Below are positions 17,758-36,244 of a stretch of 64,000 nt of DNA, piece by piece. The position numbers were made by a program, and so were the translations under genes. Source of the DNA: the human T2T-CHM13v2.0 reference genome, Homo sapiens. Location of the stretch: the NCBI RefSeq assembly GCF_009914755.1, contig NC_060942.1. The stretch is one strand, 5' to 3'. Numbering within the stretch: the first letter of the stretch is position 1; every line of letters starts with the position of its first letter. Under the pieces are notes generated by a model, which made no database searches, was not told where the DNA came from, and saw nothing but the letters and a program-made list of their open reading frames with translations.

Positions 17758-18351
17758 GACAGCCAGGCCACATGTGGAGACAAAATACTATATGAGCAAA
17801 AAATAGCAGAACTAGCAAAAATTGAAACAGACCTAAAGGAACTCTAGATATTGGAGTTAGCAGACAAGACTTGCTTATGATATTCAAGATTAAAAACAAG
17901 ACATAATTTCAGCAGAGATCTGAAAACTACAAAAAAGACCCACTACAAGAAAGGATTATTTCAGGCTAATCTCACTCATGAAAATAGTTGTAAAAATCCT
18001 ATGCAAAATATTTACAAATAGAATCCAACAATATGCAAATAGGCAATAAGTAATGATCAAGTTGGGTGTTTTTTTTTCCCCCAGGAAAAGAAGATTTATT
18101 TAGCACTCAAAAATCAACCATTGTAATTATCTACATTACCAGAACAGAGGAGAAAAAAATGTAAAATCACGTCAAAAGATGTAGAAAAAAATTTGATTAC
18201 ATTCGGTATCCATTCGGTATCCATTTGTCATCAATGGAAAAAATAAAAAGAAACTTCCTTATCTGATAATGAGCATCTACAAAAAGCCTATTGTGAACAC
18301 CATAATTAATAGTTAAATGTTGAAAATTTTCTTTTGATTTGGGGAATAGGG

Positions 18352-19121
<770 letters not shown>

Positions 19122-19409
19122 AGAATATTCAATATCACCACTTCTATTCAATATTGTACTAGAGGTCCCAGTCAGGGAATAAAGAATAGAAAAATACAGA
19201 GAATAAATTTAGAAATTTAGAAAGAAACACTACTGGTGTTATTTGAAGATTTAGAAAGAAATTTATACATTTAGAAACTCTACTGACGTTATTTGAAGGT
19301 TATATGGCTGTGTATATACAATATTCTAAAGGAATATATAAATAAGCATTTAGAATAAGTGAGTTAAGCAATTTTGTTGCATATAATGTCTACGTAAAAA
19401 GGCAACTGT

Positions 19410-20051
<642 letters not shown>

Positions 20052-20279
20052 TCAGGTATCAAGAAATACAATTTAAAAATGATGCGCAAGAGCTTTACAT
20101 ACACAGAGAACTGTAATGCATTATTAAGAGAAATACACACACCCACTCCCGCAAATAAAAGAAAAAACAAACCATGTTCATAAATTGTTAGAATAAATAT
20201 TGCAAAAATGTCACTTCTCTGTATTGATCTATGGATTCTATTTACATTTTACAATTTTTTTTTTAGAGACAAGGTGATT

Positions 20280-21230
<951 letters not shown>

Positions 21231-21470
21231 GGTGTGGTAGCCTGTGCCTATACTCCTAGCTATTTGGGAGGCTGAGGCAGGAGGATTGCTTGAGCCCAGG
21301 AGGTTGAGGCTGCAGTGAGCCATGATCATGCCACTGCACTCCAACCTGGGTGATAGGGAGGTCAAGGCTACAGTGAGCTGTGATTGCCCCACTGCACTCC
21401 AGCCTAGAGTGAGTGCCAGAGTGAGAACCTGTCTCAAAAAACAAATTAAAAAAAGTAAAACAACTAAAAA
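21231..21470 (+). mobile_element. AluJ right arm with duplicated 3' segment
   Basis: gagg..aggct.cagtgagc...ccactgcactcca occurs twice (about 21300-21355 and 21357-21436). Confidence 0.85.
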
Positions 21471-21489
21471 GAATACAACATCACTTGCA

Positions 21490-22000
21490 TAGTAGTCCTT
21501 CCATTTTTGCACTACCTGAGCTTAGTCATGAGGAAACATCAGACAAACAGGAATTGGGAGATATTTACAAAGGAACTGTATTTTTCTCAAACGCCCGTAT
21601 GATGAAAGATAAATAAAAGCTGAGGAATTGTGCCATTATAAAGAAGACTAAAGACACATTAGAATAAAATGCATTGAGTGATCCTTAATTGGATTTCATA
21701 CCAGAAAACATAAAAATTGCTATAGAGGACATTTTTGAGACAATTGGTAAAATTCAAATATGATCTATACATTGGATAATAGTGTTGTTTCAATGTTAAA
21801 TTTCCTGATTTTGGTAACTGTACTGTGGTTATATAAATAAATGTCCTTGTTCTTGGGAAATAAACATACCTAATCATTTAGGATTAAGGAACCTGATGTC
21901 TGAAATTTAGCCTTAAATGTTCAGAAATATAGAATACATAATATGAATTACATAAAATAAATATAGATTTATAGATAGATAAAACAAATGAGGCAAATGT
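21490..22000 (+). mobile_element. L1MC-like 3' region
   Basis: catgaggaaacatcagacaaac...caatgttaaatttcctgattttggtaactgtactgtggttat. Confidence 0.75.
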
Positions 22001-23394
22001 TTTTCATAGAGTAGATTGTTTAAAGACACTGTACTAGGCTTTAATGTAACGTATAAATTAACATTGATTTATGCAAAACAAGGCTGTGAAAGCCCACACA
22101 GCTTAGCTGTTCAATATACCTGGTCTCAGGTATATGAAAGAAAGAAGGCAGACCTCCCTCACTTCCTTTGCAAATTTCCATAGGCCCTTTCTATGGCAGG
22201 ATACCAACTGCCTTCTTAGACATTCTAGAGGTCCAGAGGTCTCTCCCAATTCATTAGTCTCACTGTGAATTGTAGAAAGCATATTACAGAGGGTCAATAA
22301 ACTTTGGCCAATGGTAGTGATATTTGTAAGCAATAAAAGAAGGTTGGGTTGATCAGTCCGTTATAGAAATCATATTTGATAACAGTAATCTTGCTTTGTA
22401 AATCTGGCTTAATAGTTTCGAGCCACAATTTAAGGCTGTTCATTTATATCATCACCTGAAGGTTAGAAGATACCATGGCCCACATAAAGGTAATCATTAA
22501 TATCATCTTTCTGTACTTGTTCTTGTCAGAGCCTGCCACGTCCATGTCCCATTTAGCCTTCAAACTCACAGATGCAGATTCTCTTTCTCAGCTGAAGCAC
22601 AAGGAAAAACAGTTCAGAGTTATATTTTAAACTAATGGTCTATTGACTCCTAGTACCAGTTAATAGGCTGGGCTATCTCTACTTTTGCTGGAGAATAAAA
22701 TAGTATGAAGTTAACTATAATATTTTCTTCTTACAGCAACAACAAAATTCTGTAAGAAAGATCATTCCCACCCAATATGCTGCTCTTTAAATGGTCCACA
22801 GCTTAAAATGTATATGAGGTCATATACGCTTATATTTGCCTAAAGAAATTCTGGAGAATAGACCCAAAACTAATAAATAAAAGTAATTAATTACCTGTGA
22901 GGGCTGGAGAGATGAAAATTCTAGAGATAAAGGATTTTAAAAAGTATTCCCTGGAAGACATTTTCTATTTTTAAATTCATGAGCTATGTGAATATGTTAA
23001 CGATTGAGAAAGAAAAATCCCCAGCTATCTAGGCAGACTTCCCAAAGAGGCACCTTTGACTTTGGAATCATTTAGCTGTAGTTTTCTGCCCTGAAAGCCT
23101 CTTTTGTTATCCCCGGTCCATCCTGCAGGTGTGGTTGATAACAGATGTCAAAGAATAGCTGAAATTTTATGAGGTTAAGTGCAAATAATGAATATGACCC
23201 TCTTTGCGGTTCTTCCTCAATCTTCTATTCAAACATAAACTCAGTTCATGAAGAATGAAGTTTGTGGCATTGCTCAAGAAAGGCAGGATTCAATAAAATC
23301 TTTTTAGGGCCAAATGGAATTTTTTCAACTTTAATGATTTTTTCTTTAATTATGTTAAAGGAAGCTCCAGAATCTCTTTTAAAAAAGTATTTGT

Positions 23395-23586
23395 AGCCTG
23401 GGCAACATGGCAAAACCCCATCTCTACAAAGAATATAAAATATTATCCAGCAGTGGTAGCATGCACCTGTAGTCCCAGTTACCCAGGAGGCTGAGGTGGG
23501 AGGATCATCTGAGCCCAGGAGGTCAAGGCTGCAGTGAGCCACTGCACTCCAGTCTGGGCGAGAGCGTGAGACCTATCTCAAAAAAG
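23395..23586 (+). mobile_element. AluJ fragment
   Basis: agcctgggcaacatggcaaaacccc...gagcccaggaggtcaaggctgcagtgagcc. Confidence 0.88.
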
Positions 23587-24699
23587 AAATCAAACTATTT
23601 TTTGTATCGTTTTGCTGATTACAATGGTAAAATATGTTTGTTGTAGAAACTTTGGAATACATAAAAATTAAAGAGGACTAGTTCGTTAATACATAAGTCA
23701 TAGTTTAACAGGGTCTAAGTTAGCCTTCCATACTTTGCCCATTTACAAAGTAAGGCATAAATTTCAATTCTTTTGTAATGTGATGGTTTATGTTTTCTTT
23801 AGATAGGATGTGATGTACCAAGCTGAGTGTTGGGAGGAACTACAGCCTCTCTTTTGAAATGGAAGATCCTCGGCCCAAGCTATAAACATGTTAGTCCAAA
23901 ATTCATCTGGAATTTTGTTGTTTGGGATGCAAAACACAATATTCCCATAGAAACAATATAAAAATTATGGCTAGATTCTAAGGCAAGGCAACAGATGTCC
24001 ATGGAATCCAGCGACTCAGAGCACCAACTGTCCAACTGTGCTTCATTTTCACAGAAAAAGGGAGGCTAGAACATGTCTTTACCTCAAAAAAAGCAAAAAC
24101 AAAGTTTATGCAAAAAGTATTTTGTTATACTGATATGATAAATATTTAATGAGATAAATTTTTATCAATTATTTACCTAAAGTGACTTTATTTCTTATTT
24201 ACTCCATTACTAGCAGGTTTATAAGCTTTTCCTCTCGCCTTTATTCACAATTTCTATTCTGCCTTTACTATTTTTAATGGTTTCCCCATTCCCCAGTTAA
24301 CTCCTTGGCAAAGACAGAGGATGAGTGAAAAGCTTGTGGCCTGTAGACTAGATATCAGAATTGATCCACAGGAAAGAACCTCTTTTCAGAAGCCATCTTT
24401 ACCTTGGGGTTTGATAAAGAACATAAAAGCCTCAATTGGTGCTATTTAATATTTGTTCCGAGACCGGTATTTGCATTTAGGGTGAAATGACTTGATGCAC
24501 ATTGTTTACAGCTAACTCTGAAGTTCAGGGGAAGGGGAATAATCCACTGAGTCAGAAGGCAAATATACCAGACTGATCATGAGTAAAACAAAGCCCTGGT
24601 GATCAGCTCTTCCTCTTATTCACTATCTGTATCTAGTGAAAATGGTCGCATATTTTCAAGTGGATTTTTAAAAGCTATTCTCAATGCTTTTAAAGGTTT

Positions 24700-25050
24700 T
24701 ACAACCTCAGGGGAACAATGCATGCAATTGAACCACACAATAAACAGTAAACACCAATTGCCCCCCACAATGAAAAGCTAATGGTCTTTGAGAATACTCT
24801 ACAACAGAATCCACTTAGCAGCTACTAGTCTCCTGCTAATGGTCAATTCACTTTCGGCAATAAGAACCCAGGCAAACGGCCTCATAAATTTTAAAGAACA
24901 AAGGGTACAATAAATGGACTGCAAATCGCCGCATTCTCTGTAAGCAGCACTCTAAGGAGTGAAATTTCCAATTGCTAATGGCCAGTATATTGGACAAGTG
25001 GAGATTTTCCTACTGAGGGACCAGAGAAGATGACAAAATATAATGGTTTT
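24700..25050. promoter_or_regulatory. Candidate enhancer: homeodomain/FOX/SOX motif cluster
   Basis: GCTAATGG at 24777, 24835, 24974, TAATGG at 25041; ATAAACA-GTAAACA tandem at 24740-24753; AACAATG at 24714; lies in a repeat-poor block. Motif evidence only. Confidence 0.3.
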
Positions 25051-25502
25051 CACAAAGAGGACTAGAAGCTGGGGAAATTAAGTCCTTGGGTCTGTAGCAC
25101 AGTTTGAGCTGTGAAAGTCGTTATGACCAGAAGATTGTCTAGCCTTCTCTGCGGTAGCCTGGGAAGCTGCTATCAGATTGCTTGCTGTTTGCTTTAATTG
25201 TGTATCGAGACCAGAAGCACACACACTGCTAGAACCAAAAATCCTGGATAGATTTAACAAAATCCACCAACCTTTCAGGGAGGATACATAAAAACATCCT
25301 TTTTTGCATTTTGATCTTGTGGGTACTTCAGAAATGCCATTTGATTCATGATGGTAAGTAGCCTAAACGAATGCAATGATATGTGAATTGATTAAATTCT
25401 GTATCAAAAGGGATCTCTAAGAAAGGAATAATAAGAACAGGAAAGTGGAAATATTGTGGAAACATTTTTGCAATAGACTGAATACGTTTTCCCAAAATTC
25501 TT

Positions 25503-25503
<1 letters not shown>

Positions 25504-25546
<43 letters not shown>

Positions 25547-25593
25547 TCCTTCCTTCCTTCCTTCCTTCCTTCCTTCCTTCCTTCCTTCCTTCC
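25504..25593. repeat. (CCTG)n(CCTT)n compound microsatellite
   Basis: About 10 CCTG then about 12 CCTT units; CCTT/CTTT continue after the LTR7. Confidence 0.95.
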
Positions 25594-26320
<727 letters not shown>

Positions 26321-27105
26321 TGAAATCCTTCCCCCTAAGGTGATAAGATTAGGAGATGGGGCCTTTGGGAGGTGATTAGTTCATGAGGGTAGACCCCTCA
26401 TGAATAGTATTAGTGCCCTTATTATAAAAGGGATCCCAGAGAACTCTCTTGCTTTCTCTCTACCATATGAAGATATAATGAAAAGACTGCAGTCTGTTAC
26501 CCAGAAGAGCACTCATCAGAACCCAGTCACGCTGGCACCTTGATGTTGAACTTCCAGACTCCAAAACTATGAGAAATAAATGTCTGCTGTTTATCAACCA
26601 CCCTGTTTATAGTACTTTGTTATAGTAGCCTGAATTGACTAAGACAATTATGGAGCTAGAAAGAACTGTGAGCTCCTCTTATGGTCAAAGGAGCTGAAAC
26701 TTAGGCTTTGTCCTGAAATTTCCCTCTTTTTTTCCCCCTGAATCATTAATTATTAATTTTCCCTTTATTTGATCCTCGGTTAAAAAAAAATCCTCTCTTA
26801 ACCCTATATTCTGCTCCAGCTGTGTCTCATTTTTCTGTTGTCCTTTATATCAAAACTCTCCCCAAAGACTTGTTATGCTTTGTCTTGACTTCCTCTCCTT
26901 TTATCTCTCTTGAACCTGCTTCACTCAGACATCTGACCCAAAACTCCACCAAAATCGCCCTTGTCAAATCCACTAGGCAATCTTCAGTCTTCATTTTATT
27001 GGCAAGTCAAGAGCATTTCAACCATTGGATCACTGCCTGTTTCCTGAACTGCTTTCTTCACTTGGCTTTCATGATAGCTAATACAGAGTCCAGGTAGATG
27101 GCAAG

Positions 27106-27449
27106 TGCTTTGGTTTGAAAGTATCCCCTGGAAGATGGAGTGTTGCAAACTTCATTGCCACTGTGGTAATGTTAAAAGGTGGGGCTTTCTCGAGGTGATT
27201 GGGTCATGAGGGTGGAGCCCTCATGGTGGATTAATGCCATTATTGTGGGTGTTTGGCCCCCTTTTCCTTTCTGTCTCTCTCACACTCTTCCTCTCTCACT
27301 CTCACCCTTTCTCACCCTTCCATCTTCTGCCCTGCCAAGGGACGACTCTTCAGATGCCAGTACCACAGTCTTGGACTTACCAGCTTCCAAAACTGTGAGA
27401 CACAAATTTCTTTTAAAAGTAAATTACCCAGTCTTGAGTATTCTAAGAC
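27106..27449 (+). mobile_element. MST-family (MSTC/D-like) LTR
   Basis: gaggtgattgggtcatgagggtggagccctcatg...cttggacttaccagcttccaaaactgtgag...aaattacccagtc. Confidence 0.75.
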
Positions 27450-28299
27450 AACCACTAATGACTCCTGCTTCCTTTTCCATTAAGAAGAGCTCTTTTTGGG
27501 GTATAGCAGCAATAGGTCTTGCATTTCCCAAACCTTTTTCTCCCTAGTTAGGGGTAACAGAATTTGAAGTGAGGTGGTTAAGAAGTGTCTTCTTTACTCT
27601 TCCCCATCTGGCTCAAAGTGGATGCCCAGGGTGACTTTGGAAGCCTCTGTTAGCCTGGGTACCTGAATAACTGTGTGGAGCAGAGCCCCTTGTGGTGTGT
27701 CAGATGAACTTCAGACGTACAGCACAGCATCAGAGTTTCTCCTGCTCATTGATGAGCATCTGCTTCAGTCTTCCTTATTGGCAAACCAGCTGTCTTTGCT
27801 TCTCAGTCCACATAGTAGGCAGCCTACAAGGTAGCTAACTGTAGCACCTGGGGTCACATGTTTCAGCCCCAAAACATTTAATGACTGACTGAATTCCTAA
27901 TTCTCAGAAAAGAATCTGCTTGGTCCACATAAGTTCAGGTGTCTACCTCTGGTCCAACCAGCTATGACCAGGGAAATGTCCCTGAAATATCATCTTGGTG
28001 GTTGGAGATCTGCTCTGTGACCTTGTGCATCAGAACATGGGGAGAGGTTTCAGGAGAGTTTCTGTGTGAGTGGGAAAACTATTAAGTGCCTACTCTACAT
28101 CCCAATATTTCACTGTTTTTCCCTTTCTCTAGCCCCATCTCCCATCCCTCCACGCTCCACCCCATCCACTCTAAATACTCTTTTACTTTCTTGAATCCTC
28201 TTGGTATGTCCTGCAACTCCAGTAGTCTTCTCTGGTCAAGTTTGCATATTTTCCTATATTCAGTGCCTCAGAGTCAGATCTTGGAATCCTCTGACATCT

Positions 28300-29385
28300 C
28301 CAGACCACTTGTTTTCTGTCCTTGTATAAAGTCATCAGCTCCTTTGAGGTCTACATCATTTGGCTATGCCTTTCTCTCTCTTCTCTTTCTGCTATCTAAC
28401 CACCTCCCAGGTATCCATTTTCATGCATCAAATATTTTACCACCTGTCTCAAAGTTTCCTCTTCAATTTCAGCTCCTGTTCTCTTCTGGGTGACTTCAGC
28501 TTTCACATGGCAGGTACATCCCACACCTTGCATTCTCCATGTATTGAACGCCTCTACTTTATGACCTTCTTGTCGTCTCCATTTTAGTCTACCACATCCA
28601 TGGCCACACTTAAACTTTATTCTCATCTGAAATTGTACCTTGGAAATCTTGAACATCCCAGTCTCTAATGACAGGTTTCTGATTTTGAAATTCTTGCCCT
28701 TGGTCCCTCTCGACAGAACTGTTTTCGGTTTTGCTCTGCTCCACTCTTGATTTCTTTCCTTACCCACTTTAGACTCCATGAACTATCATTTCAACCACTC
28801 TCTTTTTCAATACCCTCAGCTCCCTTTCCCCTTCTTCCATTTTACCAGCTTTGAAAATCCCCAAATCTGGGTGAATACAAGAAGCTGTCCTCTTCCCACC
28901 AACCCAAATATATGACTTTATAGCAGATTTTTTGCCTACTTAATACCCCACAGAGGCTCTCTAATGCCTCAGGATAATGTTCCAATTTAACATGGCAGCA
29001 AAGCTCCTGAAGACCTGGCCTCTATTTATGGCTCCAACTTCGTCCCTCACTTCGTTTTCTCCACTCCAACTGTACTGAGCTCTCTCCTGTATCTTCCACA
29101 CCCAAATCTCTGCACTGGCTTTCATACCTACCTGGAAATCTTTTCTCCCAGCTAATGCTAAGTCTTCCTTCAGTTCTTAACATACACATAATTTTCTCCT
29201 TAGTCTTTCTCCTGAGGTTTCTATAACTCTTCCTCAAAAATCTGCCTTTACTCGCAGTCTCTGCATCATAGAGCTTGTCACTTTTATGCAATGGTTTGGT
29301 TTTTTCATAGACTCTTGAGGAACAAAGAGGCACGGTACCTTGTCTGTTCATCATATTCACATTTCCAGCACAGATTCTGGATCAA
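28300..29385 (+). mobile_element. L2 fragments
   Basis: ctgggtgacttcagctttcacatgg, catggccacacttaaactt, and 3' cttgaggaacaaagaggc...atttccagcac L2-like motifs. Confidence 0.55.
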
Positions 29386-29390
29386 AGTAA

Positions 29391-30822
<1,432 letters not shown>

Positions 30823-31067
30823 TAATTCTCAGAAAAATGCTGATGAGCACCTGGAGGCTCTGATGTCCACACTAGATGCCTTAGAAAAAAGAACTATAGC
30901 CATTGCTATTCCCATCATTGTGCTGCACAGAGGAATGTAGGTATCCCTGGGCTTTACATGTAAGGGCAAACAGGACGTGATAACCCTCCAGGATGTGTTT
31001 GAGAAGGGACATGTGCCTTGTGGAGCCAAGCACTCCTTCCTATGCTCCCTCCAACAAGTTTAAGAAA

Positions 31068-31376
31068 TATTTATTTATTTATTTATTTATTTTTTGAGAC
31101 GGAGTCTTGCTCTGTCACCCAGGCTGGAGTGCAATCGTACAATCTCGGCTCAGTGCAAGCTCTGCCTCCCAGGTTAAATTCTCCTGCCTCAGCCTCCCGA
31201 GTAGCTGGGATTACAGGTGCCCACCACCACGCCTGGCTAATTTTTTGTATTTTTTTTAGTAGAGATGGGGGTTTCACTATGTTGGCCAGGTTGGTCTCGA
31301 ACTCCTGACCTCATGATCCACCCGCCTCAGCCTCCCAAAGTGCTGGGATTACAGGCGTGAGCCACCGCACCCGGCC
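31068..31376 (-). mobile_element. AluS with (TTTA)n tail
   Basis: Full antisense Alu. Confidence 0.93.
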
Positions 31377-31690
31377 TTATTGATTTATTAATTTGTTGAG
31401 CACAGGCGAGTTGGACGCTAAGAATATCAACATAGAAAAAGCACAGAACCTGCTTCATGGGACTTATTGACTAGAAACAGATGATCAGATGAGAAAATAG
31501 GCAATTACAACATGATGTCATGTGCTGTGATAGAGGTAAGCACAGGCTTCCATGGGTGCCAAGGAGGAATCTCTAACCCAGCCTGCAATGGTAAGGGAAA
31601 GTTCCCCAGACGTAATGGCACCAGAACTTAGTCTTGAAAGAACAGGAATTACAGAGGAGAAGTGGAGATGGTTGAGGGCATTCCCATCAA
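31377..31690 (-). mobile_element. L2 3' region
   Basis: gcaattacaacatgatgtcatgtgctgtgatagaggtaagcacagg...ctaacccagcc. Confidence 0.7.
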
Positions 31691-31803
31691 AAACCCAGAG
31701 AGGGCCGAGTGCGGTGGCACCTATATTTTAGGGTATATCATATATGATAAGTTGTAAAGAAAAGCAAGAGAATGATTAGCATAAAATTTAGAGTAGCAGC
31801 CTC

Positions 31804-31953
<150 letters not shown>

Positions 31954-32463
31954 TAAAGTAAGAAGTTGGTAGAAAACTGGTACAACTTAGGACTTCCATT
32001 TCCTGGTGACAATTGTCCTTATCACTTCACAGGTCTTTGAGGAAGGTTAGATGTGATCAACAATGATGTCCTGTTCTGACTAAACGTTAATTGTCTAGCT
32101 TCAGAGGCAGAGCCTGAGTTAGGTCCCTTTCTCTGTGGTCATGAGAACCTGACTCAGTGACGTTGACTCACAGAATGTGAGCTTCATCACTAGCTCTTAT
32201 CACCTTGGGTCTAGAGGGTCAGAAATGGAAGCTCTCCTGCAAAGAGGGGCATTGAGAGTTCAAGTTTCTCACTAGTCCAGGCAGGAGTGGGTACATGTTT
32301 ACTGCAGAACAGAGTAGGTGTGACCTGGCATAACAGCCTAGGGGTCTACAAAGAAAGCTGGGTCTTTTATCTCGCTAGAGGAAAGCCAGTCTGAGTAAGG
32401 GGGTGGAAGAGCGGTGGACCATCTAGGGATCCAACAAAGTCGCATTTCAAAGCTGGATGTGAT

Positions 32464-32779
32464 GCCAGGCACAGTGGCTCACGCCTGTTAATCCCAGCAC
32501 TTTGGGAGGCCAGGATGAGCAGATCACTTGAGGTCAGGAGTTTGAGACCAGCCTGCCCAACATGGCAAAACCCCATCTCTACTAAAAATACAAAAATTAG
32601 CCAGGCATGGTGGCTGGTGCCTGTAACCCCAGCTACTTGGGAGGGTGAGGCAGAAGAATCATTTGAACCCCAGAAGAAGAGGTGGGGGTTGCAGTGAGCC
32701 AAGATCGCGCCACTGTTCTCCAGCCTAGGGGACAAAGTGAGACTTTGTCTCAAAAAATAAATAAATAAAAAATAAAAAA
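32464..32779 (+). mobile_element. AluS
   Basis: Full Alu, TSD aaagctg(g/a)atgtg. Confidence 0.93.
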
Positions 32780-32879
32780 GCTGAATGTGTTTTGGCAGGG
32801 TCTAATCACTCATTCCTCTAAGAGGCATCAGAGGCCCATTATCAAGACAGGTGGAAAGTGCTTTGAAACATGTTTAATA

Positions 32880-33100
32880 AATTACTTATCCAGCACTTAG
32901 CTAGTCCCTGCTACATGCCAAGGCTCTTTACAAATATTAGCCCGTGTAATCCTCATAACAAACCTATGAGGTGGGTAATATTATTATCCTCATTTCAAGA
33001 GGAAGGTATTTGCCTGAGGGGATACAGTGAATATGGGAGATGGAACGTGGGCCCAGAAGCCCAGCTCCAGATCCAGGTTCATCACCACCATGCTGAGCTG
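32880..33100 (-). mobile_element. MIR
   Basis: taatcctcataacaaacctatgaggtgggtaatattattatcctcatttc. Confidence 0.75.
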
Positions 33101-33769
33101 CCTGGTTGGTCTCTAGAAGCTCTCACAATACCTGTGGCTGACCCACAGCTCCAGTTTGCATGGGCAGAGGGAAAGGATTAGCCCAGCTTCCTGGGCCAGT
33201 GTGCAGGTGCTGGCTTGTCTTTGTAGAATTTAACTATTGGCTAGGAGCCAATGGCAGGATTTGCATGACCCAAAGACCAGCCCAAAATGAATGACGCTGG
33301 TGGCCTTTGTGCTAGGAGGACTGTCTCGCCTTCTTAGTACAGACTTTCTACAACAGCGCTGGGGACAAAATCACAGGAAAGTACAAGAAGCAGGGTGGAA
33401 ACGTGCATTCAAATGATAAACTGGCTGAAGGATCTAGTGAGTCTGCTAGAAGAGCAAGGGTCAAGAACAGCTTGCAGCCTTGACCATCGTGGGCAAGTCT
33501 TTCCATGTCCTCGCCTGTGAAATGAAAACTTACACCAGGAGTTCCCAAGCATGGCTCTGCCTCTGAATTCCCTGGAGAGAGAGAGGAAAAAATATAGGCT
33601 TCTCATCCCAACCTGTGCAATTCTGACTTATATAGAAAATTAGACACAATTCTGGAGTAGTTTATTCCCCAATGATTCTAGATTATCAAGTTTTTAGCAT
33701 GTAGGAGGCTCATAAGAAATATAGAGTTCTGCATTACTGTGAGGTTTGGCTTCATTTCAGAATTTAAAA

Positions 33770-34083
<314 letters not shown>

Positions 34084-34192
34084 AATTCCTACCAAAATGC
34101 CAAAAACTCCAATATGTATAGGAGTCGACGTGACAAAGTTGGTTAGGGACAAATAAAAACCTAGATCCCCCTTCTCTTATAAAAATAAATGA

Positions 34193-34513
<321 letters not shown>

Positions 34514-35009
34514 TGATTTAAAATTTTCAATGTGAAGGAAAAGCCCTTAGAGCAGACAGGATGCCAGACACTGTATCCCCGTCTTTGAACTCTATAACAA
34601 CTCTGTGTTATGTTCAGCCTCTTCCCATTGTATAGGTGAAAAGTGAAATTTGGAAAAAATGACTATTTGCTAATGATCGCAAAGCTCATAAAGTTCTGCC
34701 AGACACTGGATTTATACATTTCCATAAAAGCTATCCATGTGTTCATTCAGGTATTTGCTTATTTGCAAATAAATAAATATTCGTTTATTCAGTAAATATT
34801 TACTGAGTCCTATGCTTTTCTTAACACTGAGAACACAAAAATATACAGACTGCACTATATACAAGTATAAGGATATCACATGTACCCCCCAAATATAGAC
34901 AACTATTATTTATCAATTTAAAAAATTTAGGCAGAATAAAATATTCATGCCAAATAATAAGTTTAGCCTCTTAATCCATCCTTCCTTCCCTTTCTTGCTT
35001 GCTTTCTTG

Positions 35010-35618
35010 CTTTCTTTTATTTCTTTTTATTTATTTATTTATTTTTGAGACAGTTTCGCTCTGTCACCCAGGCTGGAGTGCAGTGGCATGATCTCTGCTT
35101 ATGTAACCTCTGCCTCCCGGGTTCAAGCAATTCTCCTGTCTCAGCCTCCCAAGTAGCTGGGACTACAGGTGCCCACCACCATGCTCAGCTAATTTTTGTA
35201 TTTTTAATAGAGACGGGGTTTCATATATTGGCCAGGCTGGTGTTAAACTCCTGACCTTGTGATCCACCCACCTCGGCCTCCCAAAGTGCTGGGATTACAG
35301 GTGTGAGCCACTGTGCTCGGCCTATTTCTTTTTTTTTGAGACAGGGTCTCACTCCATTGCCCAGGCTGGAGTGTAGTGGCGCATACTCTGCTCACTGCAA
35401 CCTCCGCCTCCTGGGCTCAAGCAATCCTCCCACCTCAGCCTCCTGAGTAGCTGGGACTACAGGCTTGTTCCACCATTCCCGGCTAATTTTTGCATTTTTT
35501 GTAGAGACAGGGTTTCTCCATGTTGGCCAGGCTGGTCTCAAACTATTGGCCTAAAGTGATCCACCTGCCTCAGCCTCCCAAAGTGCTCGGACTACAGGTG
35601 TGAGCCACCATGCCTGGC
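35010..35618 (-). mobile_element. Two tandem antisense Alus (35010-35322, 35325-35618)
   Basis: AluS followed by an AluJ-like body. Confidence 0.92.
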
Positions 35619-35911
35619 TAGCTCATTTCAAAATATTCCCAGTCTTTCCAAAATTAGGAAGCCCTGAGGGGTATAGAAAAGATCCAAACTCCCCACAAAT
35701 TAACTTTGATAAATCCTTGACTGTCTACTACTAATAATCTTATTTTTGCTAAGAACATCTTTTCTCAGTCCACAACCAGAAAACATTCCTTTGACAACTT
35801 TTATGGCTATTAATATTGAAGGAAATATTGAAAAAGAGTCCTAGAATAAGTAAAATTCGGTTTTAAGAAAAAGAGAGAGGCAATTATAACGGACATTCAT
35901 GCTTCATAAAA

Positions 35912-36244
<333 letters not shown>

